Part shown: one piece after another, positions 1-13,315 of the stretch | How positions within the stretch are numbered: the stretch's first letter is position 1 | How the letters are laid out: every line of letters starts with the position of its first letter | From: Girardia tigrina | Lineage: Eukaryota | Length of the DNA stretch: 63,592 nucleotides | Direction: 5' to 3' | Assembly: GCA_001938485.1 (NCBI GenBank) | Contig: MQRK01249292.1 | Location: forward strand, 1-63,592 | Notes under the pieces: model-generated | What the model saw: only the letters and a program-made list of their open reading frames with translations | Told to the model about the DNA's origin: nothing | Databases searched by the model: none | Position numbers and translations under genes: made by a program

Positions 1-706
1 TAAATAATCACAAATTAATTAATAAATAATCACAAATTAATTCATAAATAATCACAAATTAATTCATAAATAATCACAAATTAATTCATAAATAATCTCA
101 AATTAATTCATAAATAATTTCAAATTAATTCATAAATATTCGCAAATTAATTAATAAATAATCACAAATTAATTCATAAATAATCTCAAATTAATTCATA
201 AATAATCACAAATTAATTAATAAATAATCACAAATTAATTCATAAATAATCACAAATTAAATCATAAATATTCACAAATTAATTCATAAATAATCACAAA
301 TTAATTCATAAATAATCTCAAATTAATTCATAAATAATTACAAATTAATTCATAAATAATCACAAATTAATTAATAAATAATCTCAAATTAATTAATAAA
401 TAATCACAAATTAATTAATAAATAATCACAAATTAATTCATAAATAATCACAAATTAATTTATAAATAATCACAAATTAAATCATAAATAATCACAAATT
501 AATTCATAAATAATCACAAATTAATTCATAAATATTCACAAATTAATTAATTAATAATCACAAATTAATTCATAAATAATTGCAAATTAATTAATAAATA
601 ATCACAAATTAATTCATAAATAATCTCAAATTAATTCATAAATATTCGCAAATTAATTCATAAATATTCGCAAATTAATTCATAAATAATCGTAAATAAT
701 TCATAA
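1..706. repeat. 22-bp AT-rich minisatellite (TAAATAATCACAAATTAATTCA)n, about 31 copies, runs off the window start
   Basis: Direct tandem periodicity of 22 nt with minor variants (tca/taa, cac/ctc/cgc). Confidence 0.95.
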
Positions 707-1202
707 GTAATAAAATAATTAATAACAAGAAATTGATTACATTGAAATTACATTGATAAGATTAAAACGACATGAAATGCAGAATGTTATTTGTAAATGC
801 CAAAATGGCATTTCTAATCAGGAGCGGGTGTATTGGCGTGTGTGAGAGTGTTGGCTTCATCGATCTGGTTATTTTGTGGGTCGTGAACGGCAATATCCTC
901 TACTGTAATTTCCTATTGCGATCATAATTTAGTTTTATTTAATAATTAGAATTAAATTTTAATTAATATTTATTATATATATAAATACAGTAGGACTCCA
1001 CTTTTTGGCCATTATTTTCACCAAAATGCATCAAAAATGGGGTTGTCCCAAAAAACAAGTTTTTTTAATTATCAAGACTTAAGGCAAATAAAAAATACAA
1101 AAAATAAAAAGTAAATAAAATAACTATGAAAAATAAGCTTTCGATAATATAATGACGTCTCATTACAATCGATAATATTTTCCTGTGCGTAATTTTTAAA
1201 AT

Positions 1203-1275
1203 ACTAGAAAAACCCGTCATATATGAAGGGTGAGCTAATTTTTCGACTTTGAAAGTTTCTGTTTTAATTTTTGTT
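1203..1275 (-). mobile_element. Helitron-like 3' terminus (hairpin + CTAG), dispersed repeat
   Basis: The minus strand reads cccttcatatatgacggg-ttttt-CTAG|T. Related copies lie at ~16970-17040, 26905-26978 and 54491-54570. Confidence 0.6.
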
Positions 1276-1284
1276 ATAATCAAT

Positions 1285-1500
1285 GATTCTACCCAATCAA
1301 GTAGAAAAAGTTCAATTTTGGATCACATAGTGAAATGTCACGGAACTCAGATGAGGGTATTTGATAATGATTTTCGGGTTTTGATTAGTAACTTTGATCA
1401 CAATTATGAAAGGACAATTACTGAAGCACTCTTAATACAGTTTTGTAAACCTAGTCTAAATGTGCAAAGTGATTCGTCCAATCATATTAGAGTATTTTGA
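1285..1500 (+). mobile_element. Penelope-like element GIY-YIG endonuclease C-terminal fragment
   Basis: SSILDHIVKC...FRVL...ERTITEALLIQFCKPSLNVQ matches the PLE GIY-YIG C-terminal EALLI..P.LN motif. Confidence 0.75.
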
Positions 1501-1561
1501 CGTAACACATTGTGACGTAATGGTCATTTTACTATCTAAACAATAACTTTCTAATTATATA

Positions 1562-2818
1562 TACCTGAAAGTTCTTTCCGTTTCTATCACCAAATGTTCC
1601 AACACGTCAGCATATGTTTATTTGCTGAATGTCTGCCACTCTATTTTTATCACTTAATGGAAACATACTGAAGTAGCAAAATAGCTACAGCAAAGTTGAT
1701 TCGTGTTAGCCCTGTGTGTATGATGCGATAGTATGCCCATGGCTACTAATAAAGTTCATTTACGCCACTGTATTTTATATGAATTTCAACAAGGCAGAAA
1801 TGCTACAGAAGCATGCAGAAAATTATTGAAAGGGTTTGGAGAAGGTATAGTGTCTGATAGGACATGCAAAAGATGGTTTGACAAATTTGAATCAAGTGAT
1901 TTCGACCTTTCTGATAAGCCACGTTCTGGGCGATCATCTTTGATCGATTACGATGTTGTTAAGATCATGTTAGAGCAAGATACTTTTCTGACATCATCGG
2001 AGATCGCAGAAAGACTTAATTCAGCTCAACAAACCATTTCGGAAGATAGGATTGGTGTGGAAATATTCAGGATGGGTACCACATGAATTAAGTGCGAAGA
2101 ATTTGGAAGATGGAGTCGTCATGTGCACATCTGTGCTTGCTCGGAACAAAATTGAGCCCTTCTTGAACCGGATGATAACTGGAAATGAAAAGTGGGTTAC
2201 ATACGAAAATATCTTAAGGAAAAGGGTATATTATGGACCCGGAAAACCTAACCCTTCTACACCTAAACCGAATATGACTTTGAATAAGAGAATGTTGTGT
2301 ATATAGTGGGACATTCGAGGACCAATACATTATGAGCTTTTAAAACCGAACGAAAAGCTCAATTCGGAGATGTATTGTCAGCAATTCGATAATATAAAGA
2401 CAGCAGTCCAAGGAAAGAGGTCGAAAATAGGATGAACACCATATTGCATCATGATAATGCCAAGCCACATACAGCTTTGGGGACTCGTCGAAAAATTGCA
2501 GAACTAGGCTGGAAAATTCTGTCGCATTCACCGTAATCCCCGGACTTAGCACCCTCCAACTATCATTTGTTTTTGTCCTTACAAATTTTTTTGAATGGCA
2601 AAAAATTCAAAAATGAGGCAGATGTAAAACAAGCACTGGCTCAATTTTTGCATCAAAAGATCAAATATTTTATGAAAATGGAATAAAAAAATGCCTTCAT
2701 ACTAGCAAGAAGTCATTAATCATGATTGCAATTATATTATTTAATAAAGTTTATTGACGGTAAGAAAAAGTTGTATTTTTTATTCCAAAAAATGGACAGA
2801 ACTTGCCGGCAGACCTTA
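1562..2818 (+). mobile_element. mariner (DD34D) transposon, decayed
   Basis: HTH N-terminus, WVPHEL, ITGNEKW and a degenerate YSPDLAPS.Y region. Right TIR ends ...ccggcagacctta/TA; the left TIR is partial. Frameshifts and stops are present. Confidence 0.9.
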
Positions 2819-3926
2819 TATATATATTTATTTTGACAATGATAAAACGAAATCGACATTATCAAATATTAATTTGACATTAATGAGTATTGAATTGCTA
2901 CAAATCAAGACCATATTTACACTATTCATAATCAAAATTGGAACTTATCAAAACGAAATTCGCATTAATCAATATGAAATTGACACTAAATAAAATAAAA
3001 TTCGCACTATACCTTTCCAACTTGAAATTTAAATTATAAATTTCGGTACAAACTCTTAAAGCAAATTATCAATTTTCGAAAATCTAATTTAGATGCTGTT
3101 TCGATTTGTATATCAATCCGTTACGGCTCCAAGGTCAACCGAATTATGCTGAGAAATTAAGTCTTAGAAAATATTTTAAATTTTCATTTGTCAAAAATAG
3201 GCACCAATCGAAGAAATTGAATGAAACACACTCAGCAAGTCGAGATACTATCTAAGTAAATAAATAATGGTTAAGAGAAGATTAGTTCGTACAGTATTTT
3301 ATTAAAATAAGAACTAGCTGATGCAACAATGGCTATTTATGAGTTAAAGTTTCTCCCGATCTAAGCTTCATGAAGAATCCACTTTTCGTTTATCGATTTC
3401 TTGGCATCTTGATTTTGTACGTTGAATAACGAAACTTTATGTCCCCTCATTTTCTGAGCTGAAGTTTTCATAAAGTGTTATGTAACAGTTCTCCAGTAGG
3501 ACCGTAATTAGTTTATTTTTGTTTAGAATTTATTCTAAAAACAATACTAACAATAATAAATACGCATTTACACAAATATGCTAATTTATCGTCTTGTATA
3601 TTACAAAGCTGTGAAATAGTGTAATTCATTACATAAATCGATTACGTATAGTACTTTATTTTTGGTCACCATCCTTGAATACTGATTATAACAGGCACGT
3701 CACCTGTCCGACGATATACTATCTAACTCACCTTATTTGTTTTCTGCCAGTTTTTAATATTAGCTTTTTGTAATCTGAATATTTTCTCTTATCGTATCGC
3801 AAAATCTAGTTTAAAGTTGTAATAACACTTCTACATTTTGGACACTATTATAATAATTGTAAATATACTAATTTATCCATTATGGTAAGAAAACGTGTTA
3901 AAGACTAATATATATATATATATATA

Positions 3927-4970
3927 TTAGGTTGGGGATAAAGAAATCCATTATTTTGGCGTGAAATTCAAAACTTTATTTAACATGTTTCGGATTGTCC
4001 TCTTGGAGTCAAATATGCACAGTTTTGTTGTATAATTAGTTACCATTTTGAAGGTAGCTTCATCATACCTCTCTCGTAGAAGTCTTGGTCCTTATTGGCG
4101 AAAAACTGTAGTAATCGATTTTAACAATCTTCTATTGATCCCAATTTCTTATCACTCAAGAAATTTTGCAATGCGAGAAAAAGGTGGCAATCGCTTGGTG
4201 CCATGTCCGGACTATGTGGTGGATGCATTAAAACTTCCCAACCAAGCTCCCTGAGTTTCTAGCGAGTCACTACAGACTTATGTGGTCTGGCGTTGTGGTG
4301 ATGGAACACAACACCTCTTCTGTTGGTCAATTCTGGTCGTTTCTCATCAATTGCTATCTTCAAACGGTCCAGTTGTTGACAGTACAGATCTGAATTTAGT
4401 GTTTGACCATACGGAAGCAACTCATAATAAATGATTCCTTTCCAGTCCTACCATATTCACAGTAGAACCTTCCTGGCCGTTAGTACTGGTTTGGCGACCG
4501 TTTGAGGTGCTTCATCGTACTTTGACCACGATCGTTTTCGTACAATATTGTCGTATGTGACCCATTTCTCATCCCCAGTAACCACCCGTTTAAGAAATGG
4601 GTCGATGTCATTTCGATTGGCCAAGGCTTCGCAGATGGAAATTCGATCCATCATGTTTTTGGTGTTAATTGGTGTGGAACCCAAACATCAAGTTTCTTTT
4701 TGAATAATGCTTTGTCCAAATGGTTTAAAACCGTTTTATGGTCAATCTTCAGCTCCTGTGCGATGCTACGATTACTAACATGCCGGTCAACTTCGATCAT
4801 TGCCGAGATTTTATCGACATTTTCAACGATAGGCCTGCCTGTGCGAGGTGCATCTTTAACATCAAAAATGCCTCCACGGAATCGACGAAACTGAAATTGC
4901 GTGTAATTATCTGTTACAGTATTGGCACCATAAACACCATGTTAATGTTTATTTTCATGGTGAAACATGC
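3927..4970 (-). mobile_element. mariner (DD34D) transposon, 5'-truncated
   Basis: VVTGDEKWVTYDN motif on the minus strand; TIR ttaggttgggg follows a (TA)n tract. Confidence 0.88.
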
Positions 4971-5014
4971 AGAACTTTCCATATTATGCTTTCTTAATTA
5001 AATATCTGTTGTAG

Positions 5015-5157
5015 ATCAGTATTATGTCTGTGACGATTGCGCCTATAAGATTTGTGCTGATAATCATCACATTCGGTCTAACCTCGGTTCTTGCTTCAAT
5101 AGGATGTTTGTTCTCGACTGAGGCAACATTCATTGGCACTCTACCTTGGTGGAGGAA
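5015..5157 (+). CDS. LPCAT1/2-like lysophospholipid acyltransferase, first coding exon found (transmembrane region); the true first exon was not located
   Basis: ttgtag|ISIMSVTIAPIRFVLIIITFGLTSVLASIGC...LPWWR(K)|gtgagt. Phase 2 joins exon 15000 in frame. Confidence 0.85.
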
Positions 5158-5499
5158 GTGAGTGCTATTTTCTTAGTTAATTGCTATTTAGTTTTATTTT
5201 CTTGATTTTTTAAAATAAAATGTTTATTTATTTTTTAAATATTTGTATTTATTTCTACTTTAACATCTATTTTAATATTTTCAAAGTCATTGTAATCACT
5301 TTTTATTAGAGTTGTCTTAATAGGTTCTGTGATAAAAGAGTACAAGGTAAAACAGAACATTTATTTTGAAGCACAATAATTACTGATAAACAAATAATAT
5401 TTTTAGGCGGAACATTTATTTATTTTTGCTGTGTGTGCGACAGACATACATGCTCTTTCAAGATTTAGAAGTATTGTTTGCGGTGCCAAATTCGGTAAC

Positions 5500-5900
5500 A
5501 ATAGTTTTAAAATATCGAACATTCTATTATAAGTTTTCTAAAGAAAATAAATACATGGCTGGCGAGAATTCCCTATTTTACTGTGCCATGTATAAAGTTG
5601 GTAAAACATGGGAGGGCATTTTTCAAAAGTGCCTTCTCCAAAGATCACATTGGTTTCTAAATACTTTAGTAAATCCCGATTGCCAATTTCTAAAATTCTG
5701 GACGGATCATTAAGACCTGTATCATGTAAAATGATATTGACGTATATATCCGAGATTTCGAAATTTCTTGAATTTGGATTGGATAAAAAGGTACCTTCTT
5801 TGTGCATTTGCAAAAAAAGCATGTCTTATAACAGTCCTGGGTGTTGCTCCAATGTTCTTTATTTCGTCTTTCATTTTTTGTTTTGAATTTTTTGCGGACT
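5500..5900 (-). mobile_element. MULE/Mutator transposase remnant
   Basis: DTGLNDPSRILEIG...VIFGEGTFEKCPPMFYQLYTWH...PCIYFL resembles the MULE DGTF..P..FYQLYTIH catalytic region. Confidence 0.75.
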
Positions 5901-6009
5901 TGAATCATGGAAATGTCTTGGGATTCCTCCAAAGACACTCTCATTTTCAGTTTTTAAAATACAAATTCTCGTTAATAATGTTCTGTTTTATCACTGTTCT
6001 GTTGTATCA

Positions 6010-6550
6010 TTGTTCTGTTCTGTCTCTGTTCTCTTTTATCAAATTCTGTCTATCATGTTCTGTTTTATCCTATTCTGTTCTGTCTTGTTTTGTTTTATCA
6101 AATTCAGTTCTGCCTTTGTTTGTTTTATCCTATTCTGTTCTGTCTTGTTCTGTTTTATCAAATTCTGTTCTGCCTTTGTTTGTTTTATCCTATTCTGTTT
6201 TGTCTTGTTCTAGTTTATCTAATTCTGTTCTGTCTTGGTTTGTTTTATCCTATTCTGTTTTGTCTTGTTCTGTTTTATCAAATTCTGTTCTGCCTTTGTT
6301 TGTTTTATCCTATTCTGTTCTGTCTTGTTCTATTTTATCTAATTCTGTTCTGCCTTTGTTTGTTTTATCCTATTCTGTTTTGTCTTGTTCTATTTTATCT
6401 AATTCTGTTCTGTCTTGGTTTGTTTTATCCTATTCTGTTTTGTCTTGTTCTATTTTATCTAATTCTGTTCTGTCTTGGTTTGTTTTATCCTATTCTGTTT
6501 TGTCTTGTTCTGTTTTATCAAATTCTGTTCTGCCTTTGTTTGTTTTATCT
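6010..6550. repeat. 30-bp tandem repeat with 60-bp higher-order structure, built from TGTTC/TGTTT pentamers
   Basis: Units such as tgttttatcctattctgttctgtcttgttc alternate with tgttttatcaaattctgttctgcctttgtt, about 17 monomers. Confidence 0.92.
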
Positions 6551-8291
6551 GGTCATTGTCTTAATAATGTCGACTTTGTTTTTTTAGATATTATGTTTGA
6601 TAACCTTTTACAAAATTCAGTTTCAGATGAAAAAGACATATAATTTGAATATTCAATACCATTTAATATAATTAGTTTTATTTACTTTTTAATTATATAA
6701 ATAATTTGAAAATTAACAGATAAAATATCTTCTCTTTCGTCTCTCGCTTTATCGAACAAACGACTCTCATTTTAATCATTAAACTTTAATTCAACTGGTC
6801 GCCCTTATGACATCGGGAATTTTAACATTCTTCTTGCTTTAAAGAGTTCAGCCATGCTTGTCTCTTAAAGCGTCCGAGCCATTCAGAAGGTAATAACTGT
6901 TGGATACTTAAGAAAGTCGATGGGGAAATTAGCATCATCCCATGACGGATGTATTGACAAGACATCTTCAAGTTGAGAACTGGAATTTATCTATCGATTG
7001 GAAGCTCTACAAACTCGAATTTCAAGGATATTATAATTATTTATTTATGATAAGTAATCTTTGAGTTAGATTTAAAATGTTTCCGGAGTTTGCTGGAGTA
7101 CATTATGGATAAGTCATAAAAAATATGTATCTTCGATTTCTTCAAAAGAAACAACAAACAAAAACATTGTGTTATTGGTTGAAATGATTGTGATGATTTA
7201 AATTTTGATTTAACGAATTGTTTCTATTAAAAAATCGGGTAATGGAAGGAACAAGAATTTGTAACGAACAAATAAAATAGAGGGTGTATTAAAACGTGTG
7301 GGGCCAAATTGAAAATGTTTAACACGCAGGGCATTTATTCGGCATCATCATATTCGCAGTATACATCAGTAATTAAAAAAAAAGCATTAACAAAAGTAAG
7401 TAGAATATAGATCAAATATATAATCAACCATTCGACCAAAATATTTGCAATTCATAATATCCAAAAAGTGTATTTCGACCGCCGTAGTAATACAAATGGA
7501 TGCTTTACATCATGCGGGCATGCCTCGAACTGTAATTTAATGCTATGTAAATGTATTTAATTTTGTTGTACAGAGCTCTTTTGACAGGTATGAGATTAAG
7601 GGTTCATTTTCTAACTTTTTCATCATTTTATGTTGCATAATCCTACAGTTTTCTCTATGGATATTGTAAGACGAAGGATATTGTACTAAATCATTTGTCG
7701 TCCACTTCTCAATGATTTCTACTTACTAGCTTTTTGTCCAACAACTACATCGCTTCTTCCACTTAAGAATATTTCTAACAAACAATTTGCTGAGAACCCC
7801 TAATGATAAATTTTTATGTTCTTAAATTAGACCTCATTGAAGCAGTTTATTGTTTCTTTTCCTGTCCATTTACTTGTAAGGATATATTATAATACCCGAT
7901 ACACTCTTCCTCGAGTTAAAGAATATACCAGTTATGTTTTCGGATTGTTTTTCGCCATCAGACACTATTACTTCTGATTACTTGAAAGTGTTCCAGCTGC
8001 ACCTTCCAGTTTTCATAAATCCAAATTTCAATCATATTTCATGAATCACATTTCAATGTGATGGCGCCTTGTCCACTCCGACAAGATGGCTAAAGTCTCG
8101 TTACAAACAGACATTCCAGTTCCGGGATCTTTGTCAAGGTAATAAATTTAGTTAGACATTTGTGAAATAGATATTTTTTATGTTATTGTGAAAAAGAAGC
8201 TACCAGCAAAACCAATGTCGATTTCCTATTTGAAATTAAAGACAGAAGCCATGTGACGACATGAAATTTCTTCGGAACATTGTCAATAATA

Positions 8292-9572
8292 AGGTGTGTC
8301 CACTAAAAAAGTGCACAAGTTTAAAAACCATCATAACTTTTTAATTAGACCTTGAAATTGACGGAAATCTGAACAAAGACTAGATCATAATAACACAATA
8401 ACTATTTTATTATATCAAACTATTAAGGCTATAAGAGTTAGCAAGCATTATTCTTTGTCTAAAATTTGCAAATAATGTCCTAAAATATAAATTGTTAAAC
8501 TGCTTTGCTTTAGTATTGATTCTGCCAATCAACTGGTCTTCAGAATAGACAGTCTAACCCTTTTCATACACCTTTTCCTTTAAATGAGTCCAAAACTTTT
8601 CAATTGAGCGTATTTGGGGAGCACAAGGTGGATTCGAATCTTTTTTGACAAATGGAATTTTGTTGTCCTCTAAGCACTTCAGACTTGCTTTGGTGTAGTG
8701 ACAAGAAGCAAGATCTGGCCAGAAGANNNNNNNNNNNNNNNNNNNNNNNNNNNNNNNNNNNNNNNNNNNNNNNNNNNNNNNNNNNNNNNNNNNNNNNNNN
8801 NNNNNNNNNNNNNNNNNNNNNNNNNNNNNNNNNNNNNNNNNNNNNNNNNNNNNNNNNNNNNNNNNNNNNNNNNNNNNNNNNNNNNNNNNNNNNNNNNNNN
8901 NNNNNNNNNNNNNNNNNNNNNNNNNGTCCACATAATAACCCGATGTCATTGCTCCGGTGAGTGTAAAATACGACTCATCATCAAGTACAAAGTCGGTTTT
9001 GGTCTTTTCCACAACAATTTTAGCGAGATTTTGCAACCTGGCTTAATCTGTGTCGGAGTAACCTTTAAGGCTTCTTTCCTCTTTCGAAACACTGTTATTA
9101 GTCTTGAGCATCTTATGCACGTAAGACTTTGAAACATTCATTTCTTTACCTAACTTTTTCACACTTTGTCCAACAGTCAAAGTTGCACGCTGCAGAAGTC
9201 TCTTCCTTTTGTCCGACGTCATTTTAACAGGTTTCCTTTCACTTCCTACTTTTCTTTCAATGCTGCCGGTCTTCTCATAGCGTTGTATTATTGCATATAT
9301 ACCTCTTCTGGAAAAATGAATGCCAGTAAACTTTGTCACAGTCTCACTTTTACTGTGCGTTTTGAAAAATTGATTATATCTTCATGTCGTTTTGAAATCA
9401 TTATTATTGTCTCTAAAATAAAACATATTAAACCAAAAATTTTAAATACCTGCTTTACTATTTTTACCTATTAAAACAAATATTTAAATTCCAAATTTAC
9501 GAAATTAAATAATATTACATTAAAAAGTTATGATGGTTTTAAAACTTGTGCATTTTTTTAGTGGACACACCT
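8292..9572 (-). mobile_element. Tc1/mariner superfamily DD37E element (contains an N gap)
   Basis: About 55-bp TIRs aggtgtgtccactaaaaaa.tgcacaagttt at both ends with TA flanks. Motifs LDDESYF, FWPDLASCHY and NPPCAPQIRSIE; 37 residues counted between D and E. Confidence 0.9.
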
Positions 9573-10079
9573 TAACAATTCGGACTTTTTCTGTTCTTTC
9601 TGCTCTTTGAGACTTTCATTGTTTCTTTGTAAACTGTATTGCCTAAATAAAATACCGTTATACTATATGAATGACCACCATGGTATGCAGTTATTGATGT
9701 GTAAAGTTTACGAAGAAACTGAGATGGCCGAATGTTTAAGTGAAGAATCCATCGGTGTTATTTAGACAAATATAGACTAAGGTTTATAATTACTTGTTTA
9801 AATGTAGTGTTTTAAAATAAACTTGTTTTAAAATATAGTGAAGATTTATTTGAGGCTTTTCAACAAACAACAGATAAATTTTTAGTTTTCCGTATTCAAA
9901 GTAATTTTTTAATTTTCAAAATTTTAGAAAATTTTATTTAGTAAAATCGATCTCAGAAATATATTGATCTCACTTGAAATAATGTTTTAATGTTATAAAA
10001 AATTATTTATCAAAATATTTGAATTATTATTTTATATTGGCAAATGCTTTCATATCAAAATGTTCTTTCTGACATCATA

Positions 10080-11373
10080 TTGGGTTGTTCGGAAAATCAT
10101 TTCGTGTTTAATAGTTGTTTTAAATGTATTTTTTATATTAATAGTCATTAATAATCATTGACTATATTATTTTTTTTAGCAGTTGGTAATCAAGGTTAGA
10201 TTTGGAAAATTTTGGAATAATTAAAAACATTTATATTTGATTTTTGACCTATCAAAGATGGAAAGCAAGAATCAGCATTTACGGCATGTATTACTTTTTT
10301 ACTTCCGAAAAAGTAAAAATGCTGTACAAGCAAGAAGAAAATTATGCAAAGTGTAGGGAGATGTGTGTAGGAAGAAACTTCCTAAAAAGTGTAGGGCAGA
10401 GACAGAACGCCAATGCCAAAACTGGTTTAAAAAATTTAGATCGGGAAATTTTGATGTTGAAGATTCTTCACGTTCCGGTAGGCCCATTGAGGACGACGAA
10501 GACATAATAAAGGCATTAATTGATTCAAACAGGCGAATAACAACTCGCGAAATTGCCCAGACATTACATTTATCTAATTCGACCGTCCATGGTCCTTTAA
10601 AGCGCCTAGGTTTTACATCAAAACTTGACACATGGATTCCTCATAATCTTACCGAACGAAATTTATTCTGCGATATGCTTCTTAAACGTCAAAAAATGAT
10701 CCATTTTTGAAGCGCATCGTTACTGGAGATGAGAAATGGGTAGTCTACAATAATGTAAAACGTAAGAGATCTTGGAGTAAAAAAGATCAACCTGCTCAAA
10801 GCACTTCGAAAGCTGACATTCATCAAAAAAGTAATGCTATCTTTTGGTGGAATTTCAAAGGAATCGTATTTTATGAGCTTCTTCCGGACAAAACTACGAT
10901 TAATTCGGACGTCTATTGTCATCAGCTGGACAAATTAAATGAATCCCTTAAACACAAAATGCCAGAATTGATCAATAGAAAAGGTGTAGTGTTTCACCAA
11001 GATAATACCAGACACATCATACAAGTTTGGTAACACGCCAAAAGCTTTTACAGCTAGGATGGAACATCATGCCTCACCCACCATATTCTCCCGACCTTGC
11101 ACTTTCTGATTATCATTTGTTCCGGTTTCTACAAAATTATTTAGATGGTAACACTTTTGGATCAAATGAAGATGTTAAAAATTATCTGGAAAAGCTTTTT
11201 AGCAGCAAAGAACAAATATTTTATGAACGTGGAATCATGTCACTGCCAGGAAGATGGAAGAATGTATTGGACCACAATGGTCAATATGTATTTCAATAAA
11301 ATATTAATTCGTCATAAAAATTTGTCTTTTACTTTAATACAAAAAAAGCGAAATGACTTTCCGAACAACCCAA
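10080..11373 (+). mobile_element. mariner (DD34D) transposon, full length but frameshifted
   Basis: TIRs ttgggttgttcggaaaatcatttcg / cgaaatgactttccgaacaacccaa with TA TSD. Motifs WIPHNL, VTGDEKW, HQDN, HPPYSPDLALSDY. Confidence 0.95.
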
Positions 11374-12149
11374 TATTTTGATGCATGATTAGTTGCTTTG
11401 AAAATAATTAATAGTTCTAAAAACTAAAGAAAACAAATTCGGTTATTAAAAATTAACTGCTATAAAATGTGTCACTTATTTTATTTATTCAAAAGATTGT
11501 TTCAATTTATCTATTTTTGCATGACGAATCACTTTTCGAATATATAAGCCCATAAAAAGATGTAAAAAAATCATTTTAATTAATTGATTTCCTCGAATTC
11601 TCTTTCTATATTACAACAAAAATGATTTTCGATCCTCGTTTCGATCAACATTTATGATTTGTGAGATCAAATTAGCATTATCCATTATCAAGTGACATTC
11701 AAAAATGTGTTCTGGATTCTTGAGCACAACTTTGTTAATGAATCAGTGAAAGTGGAATGCTTTTGCTTAATTCGCAGGAAATCAAGGACTTTATTCTGTT
11801 TCTCAATTTTTAGACACATTTACTTTCTAAAATTTCAAATTACAAATCATTGCCATCTAAGAACAAGGGAATCAAATCCAAGCAACCCAATATCGATCTG
11901 GAAAACTGTTTAACATTGGCAAATTAATAACTTTAAATCTGAATAATTGTAATTGATTATTTATTTAAAAAAATAGAAACAAACGTTAAAATGAATTATG
12001 GATTAATCCCGGTCATAACATTGTATAATCCGATACTTTGTAACTGGAAATATGGCTTCATGCGCCTTGTTTCTGATAGGTATTTATACTAAAATGTTGG
12101 TAAAAATTGCTGAATATTTTGAATCCACACGGGACATTTTTAACTAATA

Positions 12150-12525
12150 CCGTGTTTTCTCGAAAATAAGACCCGGTCTTCTATTTATTTTTTGTAAGAA
12201 AATGAAACTAGGGCTTAATTTCGGGAATTTTATAATATTTAAGAATAAAATATAATATAAAAATTAAGACATCAAATTTTGTTCAATAATAACCCCATCA
12301 TCTTATTCCAAAACGTCACTATTTTCATTAAAGTTGAAAGTTTCTGTTTCATTTATTCGTGAAGCCATTTCATTTAAAATAATGGGACCAAATCGTTCAT
12401 GTTTAGCAATTGATGTGGTTTCGAAAGAAATTTCGCTAGGGCTTCGATATACATTTTTTTAAAAATATTTGAAAAATCACACAAGGGCTTAATTTCGGGT
12501 AGGTCTTATTTTCGGGAAAACACGA
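12150..12525. mobile_element. pogo/Tigger-like MITE
   Basis: TIRs ccgtgttttctcgaaaataagacc / ggtcttattttcgggaaaacacg with TA flanks; no ORF. Confidence 0.75.
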
Positions 12526-13315
12526 TATATTCTGGCTTTAAACTCAGAATTGTTTACTGTTTCTCTGAAAAATAATGGCTCTAACGATATTGATAGGGCC
12601 TTGAGAATTGTCTCACTGTTGACAGATTTCCTTATAGTGATTGAAATGTCTACGAAGGTTTTCTGGGATCTCGAAAATTTTCTTTATCGTTTAATTTGTT
12701 CCATATTATACTTATAATATTTTTAATTTTGCTTTTGAAATCACATTGCTGCTGAAAAGAATTTCATTAAATACATGGAAATTATTAGTTATGTCAGATT
12801 TAAATATTGCTTTGTTCTATTATGCACTTTACTTGGATTTCTTGGCTGAATACCTTGATTGAGTTTAATGTTTCTGAGTCTTTCTTGCTTATGAATTATG
12901 TGCTCTGAAACTATTTGTGCACGAATACAATAACAGTAATGTAAACTACAATTTTACTGTAGTGTTTATTTATAAAAGAAATATTTCATGTACTTTTAGC
13001 AACCAAATTTCACTATTCTTCTGTCAATCAGTTCACAATTATGAATATTTTTTCAAACAACAAGCTTTTATAAATCACTCTAAACAATTAGTCATACTTT
13101 TCAACTACAGTTTGTTTTCAGATTTTTATAATTGTCAGAAACTTAATTTGGACTTTGTACATTATAAAACATTATTAAGTCTATTTTGGATTACCAAAAT
13201 ATAATTAAGCTTCACAGTCAACTGTTTTCGCTTTTTATGTTTCATAAAATTCATTTTTTTCTATTTTAACTAATAAAGAATAAAAATTTATTTTTCCGTA
13301 TCTCTTAGATTGATA

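Noticed and set aside
1-706. CRISPR-like array
   Set aside because: Contiguous repeats without unique spacers, in a eukaryotic context.
780-930. More GC-balanced patch, possible exon on either strand
   Set aside because: No recognisable protein similarity or partner exons.
3093-3430. Candidate LPCAT exon 1 (YINPLRL... or MKNPLFV...)
   Set aside because: Only faint resemblance to the NPF motif, with no convincing phase-0 donor and start combination.
5768-6643. 291-aa and 165-aa plus-strand ORFs
   Set aside because: They are open only because the 30-bp T-rich repeat lacks stops; no domain signal.
7500-8260. Possible second MULE remnant on the minus strand
   Set aside because: Too degenerate to support a family call by eye.
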